A DNA stretch of 64,000 bases from Nitrospirales bacterium (GCA_965223295.1 CBDCWC010000003.1:544001-608000), one strand, 5' to 3'; shown: positions 18,518-29,502, counted from the first letter of the stretch. Translations and numbers: made by a program. Notes: generated by a model from the letters alone, not told the origin.

Positions 18518-19297
18518 TTATCCCCTCTTGGGAACCCAAGGGAAAAATCTGTTGGTGTTCCGTTGATAGGCTCGATAGTCCTCACCACGACTGACAAGGG
18601 CCTGGGCTTCCGCCCAGGGTACGCCCGTGATCCATAAGAGGGAACCCGTCATGATCAGAGGCCACAGCACAGCGAGACCTGACCAGGGCAGCCCTACCGC
18701 TAATGGAACAAAGGCCGACCAATACAACGATTCAAAAAAGTAATTCGGATGCCGGGAATATCGCCACAAACCCATTTGCAATGTTTTCCCATGATTCGAG
18801 GGGTTAGCTCGAAAAATCTGAAGTTGCCGATCAGCGATCCCTTCTCCTGCAATGGCAATCAGAAAAATGAGCAGTCCCAATGCATCCCACCAGCGCCAGG
18901 CTGCATCGGGATGCTCCATGACCCAACATAACAAACCCGCAAAGAACACACAGGCAGGGACCTGTAGTTGGAAGTAGCAGAAGATCCCTACGGACTCCCA
19001 AGAGCCCAACCATTTTCGGATGGCCTCATACCGAGCATCTTCGCTATGGTTCCATACTCGATGACAAAACAGGTGCGACCCCAAGCGTAGAGCATACAGG
19101 CTGGCCATACCCACCACGAGTACCCGCCGCCAAATATGCCCGGTGCTGGCCAATCCACAAGCCAAAACAAGCATAAGGAAACCAAGGCAGAAACCAACGT
19201 CCGCTATCGAAGCGTTGCGGTGGATACCTTGTAGGAGCCACAGAACGAAAAACAGGCAACATAAGAGCGGCACCCACATCCACAAATTCAAGTGCAA
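18518..19297 (-). CDS. DUF1295 / steroid 5-alpha-reductase-like membrane protein
   Basis: EDARY, GLWRYSRHPNYFFE, YQRNTNRFFPW. Confidence 0.85.
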   Translation of the reverse strand: MHLNLWMWVPLLCCLFFVLWLLQGIHRNASIADVGFCLGFLMLVLACGLASTGHIWRRVLVVGMASLYALRLGSHLFCHRVWNHSEDARYEAIRKWLGSWESVGIFCYFQLQVPACVFFAGLLCWVMEHPDAAWRWWDALGLLIFLIAIAGEGIADRQLQIFRANPSNHGKTLQMGLWRYSRHPNYFFESLYWSAFVPLAVGLPWSGLAVLWPLIMTGSLLWITGVPWAEAQALVSRGEDYRAYQRNTNRFFPWVPKRG

Positions 19298-19372
19298 TAG
19301 GACACCTCTATTTGAATGAGGTTTAACCGGTTCTACATTGCTCTCGGAAAAGAACTTCTGACAGGGGTAGGC

Positions 19373-22300
19373 TTAATTCACTCCCAGGGCTAAAGGACTG
19401 CGAACCAGGTCTTGTTCAACTTCGGGCTCCAGAGTGACTTCTACTAAAAAAATTCGATCATTGGGAACTTGGGCTTTTTGAATAAGAAAATCCTGAATAT
19501 GTTGAGCACGTTGCTGCGCCAAAAGTCTTAGCTGACTTTCATCTACCGGGATATCTTTCAATAACGCGTCTTTCATTTCCTCAACCGTCGGTTTCTTTGA
19601 TGCTTTTTCAGGATCACCAGAATCTCTCGCTGAATGGGTGGCGGCTGAATCCCCAAACTTTTCTCGATAAAGCTTGGTGAAAAATTGCGCCTCTTCCTCA
19701 GACGTCAATTCAACCTGATCAATAGAGATATCGCCCTCTTCGTTAGATGGCGGTTGCTCCACGAATTTAGCCTTTTTTAATTGAGTAAGCAGTTTAGCTG
19801 CAGCTAGTGCTTTACTATCCAGGTCGGAATCAGCGGCGCCAGTGATTTCTAAACGTAATCCCGGCCGCTCAGCAATGGCTTTTCCTAAGGCCAGTAATTT
19901 TTCTTGCTCAGGAAGCGACACGTTTTTTTCACCGGCAAGAAAGGCCACATATTTCAGCGCGTCCGCATCACCTCCTGCAATCTCTCCAACCAGTCCTCCA
20001 ACAATTGAGAAGGGAGAAGCGGCAACTTTCGTGATCAGGTTCACTAAGGCCTGCCCGATCAGCCCCCAATAACTAAACTCCGGATCATCGATATTCCCCC
20101 GAACGGGAAGATCAATATCGATTTTGCCCTTTCGATCCTTGAGTAAGGCCAACGCAAGAGGAATGGGCAACGACGTGGCATCGGGACTCTCAACGTGTTT
20201 GCCCATGGTAATTTGATCAACAAACACCTTATTCTCTCCCACTAGTTCTTTTTGTGAGAGCTTATAGTCCAATTCAAGCGTCATTTTTCCTTTGGTAATA
20301 GGATACCCCGCAAATTTCCCCGAGTATGGAGAGACCGTCGTCAAATCCAGGTTCTTAAAAGATAGCACTAAGTCCGTATAGGCATCTTCACTGAGAGGAT
20401 TAATTTGTCCTTCAATGAGAATAGGGGCATAACCACCCACTTTACCCTTAATTGATACATCGGCCTTTGCCAGTTGCTCCGAGGATAACCCTTTAATTGT
20501 CCCGCTGAGGTCAGCAATTTTTGTCCTGACATTCGGCGTAACCGACAAATCCGCAATGGAGGCTTGGAGATTCTCCAAACGAACCGTTTGAATTTTTACC
20601 GGTGTCGGCGAGCCTGTTGATTCTTCTGATTCACGATTCGAATCTTCCGATGCTTCTGTTTCAGTATCTTCTTGCCCAGCAGGAGAAAAAAGACGGGAAA
20701 AATTCAGACCTCCATCGGGATCCACTGACATCACCAACGCAGGCTTCACCAAGGCCACTTCCTTCAATGTCACGGATGTGGGCTCGACGGCCAGACTGAG
20801 GTCTTTCAGATTTAGGGCATCCCATTTCACGAACGGTTTGGCTTGTGCGGGATCCACCAGCGCTAATTGCGCAATATCAAGACCTCCGTCAAACGTCACC
20901 ATAGGTTTCGCCTCTGAACCGTCCTGATAATGGGCCTTCCCTGCTAACGACAGGGCTCCGTCTCCCACATCAAACTGTACAAACGGCGAGAGATAGGATT
21001 CAAAAGGTTGAAGAGCAATATCAGAAAGAGCAACATCCAGTTGCACAGACACCGGTTCAATCTCAACGGACCCTTTTAAGTCAGCCTTCCCCGTTTGATT
21101 CAAATTAAAGGAAAGATCAACGGGCAAAGGTTTATCAAAATTTGTGGAGAATTCAGAGGTATGAAATTGCAGGGAGTCCAAAAGAAGCTTGACCGGAATT
21201 TCCGGTTGACGATCTTCCAAATCAATCGTGAAGTTTTCCAACACAATATCCTGTACAAGTACGGTCCAAGGCGGTTCCACGTCGGAAGAATCTTGCTCAT
21301 CTGACCGAGCAGCCTCGGATATCTCATCCTTATCTGCATCAAGCGGGGTAAAAAGGGACTGATAGTTCATCACCCCGTCTTCGTCCAGCCACCCTGTCAA
21401 TCGAGCATCCCGGCCCTTTGCCGTGGGTATTCGAACTTCCTGCTTCCCGACATCCACAAACACACCATCCACTTCAAAAAATGGAAGAGCAATAACTGCT
21501 TCACTGGCTCCCTTTTCCTGAATCTGGACATCTTGGACCGTGATGGTCCCTTGATTGACCACCACATCAACGTCATCCTCATTAACGGATAGCTCATACT
21601 GTCCATTAAGCGTCGCCACCCCTTGTGGAATAAGAAATCGAAATTGATCGTGCAAGTAAGCCCAAATGCCTGACAATTGGATATTCTCTAAAGTCAAACT
21701 CCCTTGAGACTGCACCGGCTCAAGCGTCAATGTGCCTTCCCAAGAAATCTTTTCGTCGTCCTGCAACTCTGCTGACAGGGCATAGGGATTAGCCCGGCCT
21801 TTTTGTGTACTAAATTGCTCAAGCGTCAGATTAATCGGCACGAGATGCGCCTCAAAAGGCATGGGGCGTGAGGCATCCACAAATTCCACCATCCCCTGTT
21901 GAATGGCTAACTCTTCAATGAGGACGGCTGGCAATCCCTGAGCCTCCGCACCTCCCTCAGGTACATCCTGTGGCGATTCACCTTCATCGTCTGCAGAATC
22001 CGGCTGGCCCATCTCAGCCACATTCACAGACCCATCAGGGCGCACCATCACCAACCCATAAGGAAGTCCCAGACGAATTTTCGCAAAGGTATAGGCTTGA
22101 TTTTTCAAAGAAGACAGCGGTTCAAAATCCACAAACAGTTCATCAAACCCAGCTATCGGAGATTCATCAGCCTCTTGCAACCCAAACCCCTTCACCTGCA
22201 GTTTAAACAGGAAGGGATTAAAAGCCGCTTCTTGAATCGTCACAGGTCGATTCAATTCTTTCGTCAACATGGCAGGCAGTTTACTCGTAATCGCCCAGGG

Positions 22301-22381
22301 CACTGCAAAAAATCCCAGGACGGTATAAAGGACCACGAGACCCACAATAAGGCCAAGAACAATTTTTAGACTTTTTGACAT
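19373..22381 (-). CDS. DUF748 domain (AsmA-like) protein
   Basis: N-terminal TM anchor, AFNPFLFKL, SPYSGKFAGY, LPIPLALALLKDRKGKIDIDLPVRG. Confidence 0.85.
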   Translation of the reverse strand: MSKSLKIVLGLIVGLVVLYTVLGFFAVPWAITSKLPAMLTKELNRPVTIQEAAFNPFLFKLQVKGFGLQEADESPIAGFDELFVDFEPLSSLKNQAYTFAKIRLGLPYGLVMVRPDGSVNVAEMGQPDSADDEGESPQDVPEGGAEAQGLPAVLIEELAIQQGMVEFVDASRPMPFEAHLVPINLTLEQFSTQKGRANPYALSAELQDDEKISWEGTLTLEPVQSQGSLTLENIQLSGIWAYLHDQFRFLIPQGVATLNGQYELSVNEDDVDVVVNQGTITVQDVQIQEKGASEAVIALPFFEVDGVFVDVGKQEVRIPTAKGRDARLTGWLDEDGVMNYQSLFTPLDADKDEISEAARSDEQDSSDVEPPWTVLVQDIVLENFTIDLEDRQPEIPVKLLLDSLQFHTSEFSTNFDKPLPVDLSFNLNQTGKADLKGSVEIEPVSVQLDVALSDIALQPFESYLSPFVQFDVGDGALSLAGKAHYQDGSEAKPMVTFDGGLDIAQLALVDPAQAKPFVKWDALNLKDLSLAVEPTSVTLKEVALVKPALVMSVDPDGGLNFSRLFSPAGQEDTETEASEDSNRESEESTGSPTPVKIQTVRLENLQASIADLSVTPNVRTKIADLSGTIKGLSSEQLAKADVSIKGKVGGYAPILIEGQINPLSEDAYTDLVLSFKNLDLTTVSPYSGKFAGYPITKGKMTLELDYKLSQKELVGENKVFVDQITMGKHVESPDATSLPIPLALALLKDRKGKIDIDLPVRGNIDDPEFSYWGLIGQALVNLITKVAASPFSIVGGLVGEIAGGDADALKYVAFLAGEKNVSLPEQEKLLALGKAIAERPGLRLEITGAADSDLDSKALAAAKLLTQLKKAKFVEQPPSNEEGDISIDQVELTSEEEAQFFTKLYREKFGDSAATHSARDSGDPEKASKKPTVEEMKDALLKDIPVDESQLRLLAQQRAQHIQDFLIQKAQVPNDRIFLVEVTLEPEVEQDLVRSPLALGVN

Positions 22382-22662
22382 AGATAATGATTTCGGGAAA
22401 TGATCGCCTGAATTTTAGAGGGAATAGATAAAAAGCCAGCACCTAAAGAGACACAACTAAAAAACCAACCGAAACAGGCCTATGATACCGCTCTGCCCCT
22501 ACCAGGGCTAGTCCCCACAAATATAAGCTGACTCAACAAAGAATTCGCTCTTTGAGATGTTGCTTTACTTTGCAGTTTCCGTAATAGTTCGCTAAATTAG
22601 CTAATCAAGCCTGAACACCAAATAGTGAGGACAATGGGGAAAAAGGTTCTTCTAATATTTTG

Positions 22663-22732
22663 GTCATTCCCGTAAAAACGGGAATCCAGGGTAGCTTTGA
22701 ATTTTCTGAATACCCGCCTTCGCGAGTACGAC
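22663..22732. repeat. GTCATTCCCG-type palindromic REP-like element
   Basis: gtcattcccgtaaaaacgggaatccag...tacccgccttcgcgagtacgac. Confidence 0.65.
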
Positions 22733-22794
22733 TGTTAAATTGAGGATTCTTTTTCATAAATTATGAACATCATAGTAAAAACCTTTTCTTCAAG

Positions 22795-25278
22795 ATGAAA
22801 TCCCCTCAACAAACGTTCCTGGCTGTTGCAGTTATCATTACACAGATTGTCTTTAGCGGTACCACTCCGAACGTCCACGCCACACTCGATCAAACCCTAC
22901 CCGAGCCCATCATCAAGTCTGAGAAACTTCTCCCTGAAGAGGCCGATGGGCCCTATCAACATTGGAAAGACCACAATAAATACTTTCTCGTAGTAGCCGT
23001 CAACGAAACAGGCCTCCTAAAAATAGACTTACCCTTCACCCAAGCCGATGCCACTGAAATCGCCAAGGCCCTGACAGGCCTGGGGTATCAACCGCTCATC
23101 GCAGACGAACCCATACTCACCGGCAAGGCTGCCACCCGAAGCGCCATAATCAAAGCGGTCAAAACGAGTCATCAAGAGAACCATGACCAGGACATCATTG
23201 CCATCTACGTGACAGGCCATGCCTCGGCCGGCACCAAAGACCTCTGGTTGCAAACCTATGGTCAAGAAGAACTGGGCGTAGGACAAGGCATTCCCCTCTC
23301 CGAACTCGTGACTCAAACACGCTTCAAAGAAGGCGAAGCAGCCTTTGAAGGGGAATTGGTCATCATCCTGGATACCTGTTTCAGTGGCCAAGGTGCCCTC
23401 TCCCAATCGCTCACACTCGGAAAGATCGGCCGCAATACCACCGTTTTCTCAAGCAGTACCAGTAAGCAAGAATCCTGTCCTCTGAACGCTCCAGACTTCC
23501 CCAAGATGAGCGCTTTTACCTACAGCCTTTTACAAGCCATGGGACCGCAGTGGGGAAAAGCTGATAGGGACGGAGACGGCATACTCCGTTATGCTGAAAT
23601 AAAAACTTTCTCGAAGAATCTCCTACAAGAACTCCGGAAAAGCAAGAGAGTTGATGGCCTCATGGAGCCGGAACTGTTCAATGCCAGTCAAGAACAATTT
23701 CTGGCCTACCGGCGAGACCAAGTTCGAGCCTTGAACACCCCCTATCGCATTGCCCTGCAGACAGAAGAAGTCAGCAAAGCACTCGCGGCCAGCCTCCAAA
23801 CTCTTGGCGCCAACCCAAAAGAAAAACCTAAAGTGCCCAAAGATGCTCAAGCTCTCGCCCAAGGGCTGGAACCGGAACCGGATGATTTTTATACCCAGGC
23901 TATCCAAGCTACTGCTGAAATCCGCTTGAATGATGCGAGAGAACTATTTGTCAAAGCCGACCAACAATCATCACGCGATCGAGAACAAGCCGAGCAGAAA
24001 AAACACTACGACCTCTATCTCGCTCGCGCACGCATGGAATCATACGATGGAAAATTCACCGAAGCCTTTTCCTGGTATCTCCAAGCCGCCAACCTTGCTC
24101 CCTCCAGTGACCTGGACCTCATCAATGAAATTGGCATTGCGGGGATCCGGGCTGGCAACTACTCTGAAGCCGAACCCTATCTCATGCAAGCCTTAGAACA
24201 ACGAGAACAACGTTTAAGCCCTGACGACCCTGTTCTCGCCACCAGCCTCAACAACCTGGCGTTCTTATACAAAACCCAAGGGAAGTATGCCGACGCCGAA
24301 CCTCTCTACCGCCGCGTCGTCAAGGTTTTTGAAACCGCGTTAGGCGTTGATCACCCCAACGTGGCCACGGCGCTCAACAACCTGGCGCTCTTATACAAAA
24401 CCCAAGGGAAGTATGCCGACGCCGAACCTCTCTACCGCCGCGTCGTCAAGGTTTTTGAAACCGCGTTAGGCGTTGATCACCCCAACGTGGCCACGGCGCT
24501 CAACAACCTGGCGAGCCTCTATCAAGCCCAAGGGAAATACGCCGACGCCGAACCCCTCTACCGCCGCGCCCTCACAATAGATGAAGCCGCGCTGGGAGCC
24601 GATCATCCCGATGTAGCCATTCGCCTCAATAACCTGGCAGGCCTCTATCAAGCCCAAGGGAAATACGCCGACGCCGAACCTCTCTACCGCCGCGTCGTCA
24701 AGGTTTTTGAAACCGCGTTAGGCGTTGATCACCCCAACGTGGCCACGGCGCTCAACAACCTGGCGAGCCTCTATCAAGCCCAAGGGAAATACGCCGACGC
24801 CGAACCCCTCTACCACCGCGCCCTCACAATAGATGAAGCCGCGCTGGGAGCCGATCATCCCGATGTAGCCATTCGCCTCAATAACCTGGCAGGCCTCTAT
24901 CAAGCCCAAGGGAAATACGCCGACGCCGAACCTCTCTACCACCACGCCCTCTCGATTAGCGAACGGGCCCTGGGAGCCGAGCACCTCCAAGTTGCCCTCA
25001 GCCTCAACAACCTAGCGGAACTCTATAAGGCCCAAGGGAAGTATGCCGATGCCGAGCCTCTCTTCCAAAGAAGTTATTGGATTTTTTATGATCGACTTGG
25101 GGCCAAGCATCCGTATGTCCAGCGCAGTTATGCTTCGTATCAAGGGTTTCTAAAGAGTAGCGGGCAGGCGTTTGATGAAGACACCGTCGTTCGTAAACTA
25201 CAACAAGCCATCACGTCTATTAACGCTCAAACCAAAACTGATCCGGCTTCCTCAACCAAAGATCAAAAAGAACCTTGA
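22795..25278 (+). CDS. Caspase-like (C14) peptidase with kinesin-light-chain-type TPR repeats
   Basis: YVTGHA and LDTCFSG His/Cys dyad; about seven 42-aa LNNLAxLYxxQGKYADAEPLY repeats; signal-like N-terminus. Confidence 0.85.
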   Translation: MKSPQQTFLAVAVIITQIVFSGTTPNVHATLDQTLPEPIIKSEKLLPEEADGPYQHWKDHNKYFLVVAVNETGLLKIDLPFTQADATEIAKALTGLGYQPLIADEPILTGKAATRSAIIKAVKTSHQENHDQDIIAIYVTGHASAGTKDLWLQTYGQEELGVGQGIPLSELVTQTRFKEGEAAFEGELVIILDTCFSGQGALSQSLTLGKIGRNTTVFSSSTSKQESCPLNAPDFPKMSAFTYSLLQAMGPQWGKADRDGDGILRYAEIKTFSKNLLQELRKSKRVDGLMEPELFNASQEQFLAYRRDQVRALNTPYRIALQTEEVSKALAASLQTLGANPKEKPKVPKDAQALAQGLEPEPDDFYTQAIQATAEIRLNDARELFVKADQQSSRDREQAEQKKHYDLYLARARMESYDGKFTEAFSWYLQAANLAPSSDLDLINEIGIAGIRAGNYSEAEPYLMQALEQREQRLSPDDPVLATSLNNLAFLYKTQGKYADAEPLYRRVVKVFETALGVDHPNVATALNNLALLYKTQGKYADAEPLYRRVVKVFETALGVDHPNVATALNNLASLYQAQGKYADAEPLYRRALTIDEAALGADHPDVAIRLNNLAGLYQAQGKYADAEPLYRRVVKVFETALGVDHPNVATALNNLASLYQAQGKYADAEPLYHRALTIDEAALGADHPDVAIRLNNLAGLYQAQGKYADAEPLYHHALSISERALGAEHLQVALSLNNLAELYKAQGKYADAEPLFQRSYWIFYDRLGAKHPYVQRSYASYQGFLKSSGQAFDEDTVVRKLQQAITSINAQTKTDPASSTKDQKEP
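24247..25065 (+). repeat. 126-bp tandem repeats encoding TPRs
   Basis: Near-identical DNA units ctcaa(c/t)aacctggc... at 126-bp spacing. Confidence 0.9.
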
Positions 25279-25300
25279 CCGTCTGTGTGCGCAAGTTACG

Positions 25301-25481
25301 GGGAGTGTTGAAAAAAACCACCAACTGCGTACCCTGCGCCCAACTTCACCGAAGTGGCTACTAAAGCTGAAAGCGGCTTCGAGCAGGCGGATCGCCATTT
25401 TTTCGTACTCACGTACTGTCCGTACACCCCGTGCCTAAAAATAGCTGCGGCCTTGCTGGACGGATTTTTTTGAACAGTCCC
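25301..25481. repeat. MITE-like repeat, copy 1
   Basis: Terminal inverted repeats gggagtgttgaaaaaa / ttttttgaacagtccc; interior similar to the reverse complement of the 39575 and 43067 copies. Confidence 0.75.
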
Positions 25482-25847
25482 GTTGGATTGAAGGCGCAAA
25501 CCCTCTTAGAGCATTTTCGGGACTTGCAATTGAATGATTCAACAGTGCCTACTGACAACCCGGAATGCGATGATCCAACGTCAGAAGAAATGGCATGATC
25601 TTTCGAATACTACTTCTCAACATGAAACACAGTGGCTCAGCCAACTTCTCCTCTCGGCCCAGCCCTCGGGGCAATGATTTCTCACTAACCGATTCTCATT
25701 TCAGCTGTTTCATTGTCTTTACTTATGCCATAATTGTGTCTGTATCCAATATTCCTTCACACGTCACCTTGCTTGACAGTCGTTTAGTCGCTTCACTATT
25801 GTCTTGAGTTTGCGTAAAATAGCGCTTTGGCTAGGGGACCGTCCTTC

Positions 25848-27236
25848 GTGTTTACAAACCTAACTGAAAAAATCGAGAATATTTTCAAGCAGTTACGTGG
25901 CCAAGCTACGTTAACTGAGCAGAACATTACGGATGCTTTGAAAGAGGTGCGAGTCGCGCTGCTGGAAGCCGACGTCAATTTCAAAATTGTCAAAGATTTT
26001 ATCGAGAAAGTTCGAGAAAAAGCTGTCGGGCAAGAGGTTCTCAAGAGTCTGACGCCAGCCCATCAAGTCGTAAAAGTCGTCTGGGAAGAATTGCGCGACC
26101 TGTTAGGGCATGAGCAGAGCGCGCTACACCTTTCCTCCCAACCGCCGACCGTCATCATGATGGTGGGTCTTCAAGGTTCAGGAAAAACAACAACAACCGG
26201 AAAACTAGCCCATCATTTTAAAGCGGATGGCAAACGTGTGTTGCTGGTCGCAGCTGACCCCCGGCGTCCTGCCGCTGGCGAGCAATTAGCCTCGCTTGGG
26301 ACAGACTTGGAGGTCCCGGTCCACCGCGGCACCAATGAGGGGCAACCAGGGGCTCAAGCCGTCCAAACTTGCAAAGACGGCGTCGCGCGGGCGCGTGAAC
26401 ATGGGTACGACGTGGTCTTACTCGATACAGGTGGTCGCCTGCATATCGATGAAGAATTGATGCAGGAACTGAAAGATATCCAAACTGGCGTGCAGCCACA
26501 AGAAATGCTCTTAGTGGCCGACTCCATGACCGGTCAGGAAGCCGTGGCCGTGGCCGAACGTTTCAATGAAACATTAGGGCTCACTGGCGTGATTTTGACG
26601 AAAGTGGAGGGAGATGCCCGTGGGGGCGCAGTTCTCTCAATTCGAGCAGCGACCGGCAAACCGATTAAGTTTTTGGGCATCGGGGAAAAACTCGATGCGT
26701 TAGACCCCTTTTTCCCGGACCGCATGGCCTCTCGCATTTTGGGCATGGGCGATGTGCTGACACTCATTGAAAAAGCCCAGGAGAATTTTTCTGAAGAACA
26801 AGCCCAGGCATTGCAAAAAAAGGTATCCAGTAATACGCTGACGTTGGAGGATTTTCGTGATCAAATCCAGCAAGTGAATAAACTGGGGTCGTTGGACCAA
26901 ATTATTGATATGCTGCCAGGAAGTCAGAAGATCAAGAATATGATGGGGGCAGCAGAGGGTGGCAATGCGGCTTTGCCTGAAAAAGAGATGAAGCGGGTCG
27001 TGGCGATTATTGATTCCATGACGCCCAAAGAACGCCGGGATCATACGCTTCTGAATGGAAATCGAAAAAAACGTATCGCCAAGGGAAGCGGGACATCTGT
27101 TCCGGAAATCAATCGCTTAATTAAGCAGTTTTTGGATGCTCGCCGTATGATGAAATCGTTGGTCGGCGGGCCAATGGGCATTGGAAAGAAGAAGAAAAAA
27201 CGAGGCAAGCTGATTCGAGCTATTCAGGCTCGGTAG
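25848..27236 (+). CDS. ffh: Signal recognition particle protein
   Basis: GLQGSGKTTT, DTGGR, TKVEGDARGG, M domain; GTG start. Confidence 0.97.
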   Translation: MFTNLTEKIENIFKQLRGQATLTEQNITDALKEVRVALLEADVNFKIVKDFIEKVREKAVGQEVLKSLTPAHQVVKVVWEELRDLLGHEQSALHLSSQPPTVIMMVGLQGSGKTTTTGKLAHHFKADGKRVLLVAADPRRPAAGEQLASLGTDLEVPVHRGTNEGQPGAQAVQTCKDGVARAREHGYDVVLLDTGGRLHIDEELMQELKDIQTGVQPQEMLLVADSMTGQEAVAVAERFNETLGLTGVILTKVEGDARGGAVLSIRAATGKPIKFLGIGEKLDALDPFFPDRMASRILGMGDVLTLIEKAQENFSEEQAQALQKKVSSNTLTLEDFRDQIQQVNKLGSLDQIIDMLPGSQKIKNMMGAAEGGNAALPEKEMKRVVAIIDSMTPKERRDHTLLNGNRKKRIAKGSGTSVPEINRLIKQFLDARRMMKSLVGGPMGIGKKKKKRGKLIRAIQAR

Positions 27237-27285
27237 CGCTGCCCGCTTTTTTCATGGGGTCATTTTTTACTAAAGGAGAATGCCA

Positions 27286-27564
27286 GTGGCAGTTCACTTG
27301 CGCTTAACACGGATGGGTCGGCATAAACGGCCCTTTTATCGCGTCGTCGCCGCCGATTCACACATGAAGCGGGACGGACGGTTTCTAGAAATTATCGGCA
27401 CCTATGATCCGTTGAAGGAAAATGACAAAGCCTCCTTCAAGGAAGATCGTGTATTGGATTGGCTTCAAAAAGGCGCGCAACCCACGGACTCCGTTCGAGC
27501 CCTATTGCGGCGAACCGGTGTGTACAAAGCCTTAGCCGAGTCCAAGAAACTTGCAAAGGCTTAA
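27286..27564 (+). CDS. rpsP: 30S ribosomal protein S16
   Basis: AVHLRLTRMGRHKRPFYRVV...RDGRFLE. Confidence 0.97.
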   Translation: MAVHLRLTRMGRHKRPFYRVVAADSHMKRDGRFLEIIGTYDPLKENDKASFKEDRVLDWLQKGAQPTDSVRALLRRTGVYKALAESKKLAKA

Positions 27565-27630
27565 GAACATTCGTTTGGTGAAGGGCCGAGCGCCCTGTCT
27601 CATTTTGATTTTCATTTCAACCCTGTTGGT

Positions 27631-28197
27631 ATGATGATGACTGCCGCGATACATTCTACGCACCCACAGACTGATGATTTGGTGACCATTGGTCGGATCC
27701 TCAAACCCTTTGGTGTCAAAGGCGAAGTGAAAGTAGAATCATTGTCCGATGTACCTGGGCGTTTCGAAGGACTCCAGACGGTATATCTCACACCTTCAGA
27801 GGGGGATTCGATACCTAAAAAAACGTCTGTGACGCATATACGAACTGTGCCCTCTGGCTATCTTATTCGATTTTCTGCGTTTTCGACGCCCGAAGAGGCC
27901 GCGCCTTTTCGTGGCGCATGGATTCAGATTCCACCGAGTTCTAATCTCCCACGCACTCCAGATACATTTTATCAATTTGAATTGATTGGCCTCCGCGTCG
28001 AAGACCCTGAAGGACGGCAGATGGGAAAGGTCGAAGAAGTCTTAGCTTATCCACAGCACCATGTCCTGGTCGTTCGTGAGATGGAACAAGAATTTCTCAT
28101 CCCTGCCAATCGACGAACCATCAAGAAAGTCGATTTGACGAACCAATGTTTACAGGTGGCTTCAAAAGAATGGTGGGACATCAGCTATGCAGTGTGA
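27631..28197 (+). CDS. rimM: 16S rRNA processing protein RimM
   Basis: IGRILKPFGVKGEVKV, FYQFELIGL; operon context. Confidence 0.92.
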   Translation: MMMTAAIHSTHPQTDDLVTIGRILKPFGVKGEVKVESLSDVPGRFEGLQTVYLTPSEGDSIPKKTSVTHIRTVPSGYLIRFSAFSTPEEAAPFRGAWIQIPPSSNLPRTPDTFYQFELIGLRVEDPEGRQMGKVEEVLAYPQHHVLVVREMEQEFLIPANRRTIKKVDLTNQCLQVASKEWWDISYAV

Positions 28198-28951
28198 TCT
28201 GCTCACAATATTCCCTGAACTGATTCAGTCCGTAGGCTCACAAAGCATGATGAAGCGTGCCCAGGAGAAGGGCTTGCTTAGGATTCGGACCCACAATCTT
28301 CGAGACTATACCCATGACCCACATCGCTCAACCGACGACACACCTTTTGGTGGCGGTGGCGGAATGGTCATGAAAGCTGAACCTATTTTTCTGGCCATTG
28401 ACGCCCTTCAACAAACATATGGGAACATTCGCATTCTGTTACCCTCACCCCAAGGCATCCGCTTTTCGCATGGGTTGGCGTTAGAGCTCAGCCGGGAAAC
28501 TCGGAATTTGGTGTTTATTTGCGGACATTATGAGGGCATCGACGAGCGAGTACGCACACATCTATCAGTCGAGGAAATTTCACTTGGCGACTATGTTGTC
28601 ACTGGAGGGGAACTCCCTGCACTGATGATGATTGACGCGGCCATGCGGCAGATTCCCGGCGTACTGGGAGATCCGCATTCTGCTCAACGGGAATCGTTTG
28701 TGGAATCCTTGCTGGATTATCCACATTTTACCCGGCCGGCTGTCCTTCGAGATCACTCGGTTCCGGAGGTCCTGCTATCGGGCAATCATGAAGCCATTCG
28801 TCGATGGCGGCGAAAAGAATCACTGCGCCAGACTTTGCTTAAACGCCCTGATCTATTAGAACAGCACTCATTGACCCCAGAGGATCAACAACTTTTAGTA
28901 GAAATTGAACGCGACTATACCTCGGCGGCATGCAATCCGCAGAGACCTTGA
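28187..28951 (+). CDS. trmD: tRNA (guanine-N1)-methyltransferase
   Basis: DDTPFGGGGGMVM, CGHYEGIDER, SLGDYVVTGGE. Confidence 0.97.
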   Translation: MQCDLLTIFPELIQSVGSQSMMKRAQEKGLLRIRTHNLRDYTHDPHRSTDDTPFGGGGGMVMKAEPIFLAIDALQQTYGNIRILLPSPQGIRFSHGLALELSRETRNLVFICGHYEGIDERVRTHLSVEEISLGDYVVTGGELPALMMIDAAMRQIPGVLGDPHSAQRESFVESLLDYPHFTRPAVLRDHSVPEVLLSGNHEAIRRWRRKESLRQTLLKRPDLLEQHSLTPEDQQLLVEIERDYTSAACNPQRP

Positions 28952-28966
28952 AGGAGGAAGGCACAC

Positions 28967-29431
28967 ATGAATCAGTTAGAGCGCTTAGAACAGTCTTTTG
29001 CAACCGAGTCCGTCCCGTTTTTTGAAATTGGCGATACGGTCCGCGTTAAAGTCCGCGTCGTGGAAGGCCGGGCCGGCAAGAAGAAAGGCCAGGAAGAGGA
29101 AAAAGAACGAATCCAAGTCTTTGAAGGATTGGTCATTGCCCGAAAAGGACAAAAATCATCTGAAAGGTTTACCGTCCGTAAAATTTCCTTTGGGGTCGGC
29201 GTAGAACGAATTTTTCCAGTCCATTCGCCCAATCTTGCTGGAATTGAGGTCGTCCGAAAGGGAAAAGTCCGCCGCGCCAAGTTGTATTATCTTCGTGATA
29301 AAAAGGGCAAAGCGGCAAAAATTTCCGAGCGTGAATTTTCACGCACACCGAAAGCCACCAAAGTGGCAGATTCGGCGCCTATGGAGGAATCGGCTTCAGA
29401 CGAAACGAGCCGTTCTGAATCTTCTGAATAA
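28967..29431 (+). CDS. rplS: 50S ribosomal protein L19
   Basis: [33 protein letters not shown]. Confidence 0.97.
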   Translation: MNQLERLEQSFATESVPFFEIGDTVRVKVRVVEGRAGKKKGQEEEKERIQVFEGLVIARKGQKSSERFTVRKISFGVGVERIFPVHSPNLAGIEVVRKGKVRRAKLYYLRDKKGKAAKISEREFSRTPKATKVADSAPMEESASDETSRSESSE

Positions 29432-29502
29432 CTCGATTTTTCAAACAGCATCCGCAGACATCTCTAGTTGTCTAAGTTTGGAATTTCCAATCCGGCAACC
29501 AT

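Noticed and set aside
24247-25065. CRISPR array or DGR template/variable repeat pair
   Set aside because: The repeats are in-frame 126-bp TPR units without unique spacers, and no cas or reverse transcriptase gene is present.
25490-25840. SRP RNA near ffh
   Set aside because: No conserved domain IV motif was recognised.
27565-27630. Absence of khpA between rpsP and rimM
   Set aside because: This arrangement is common and not informative.
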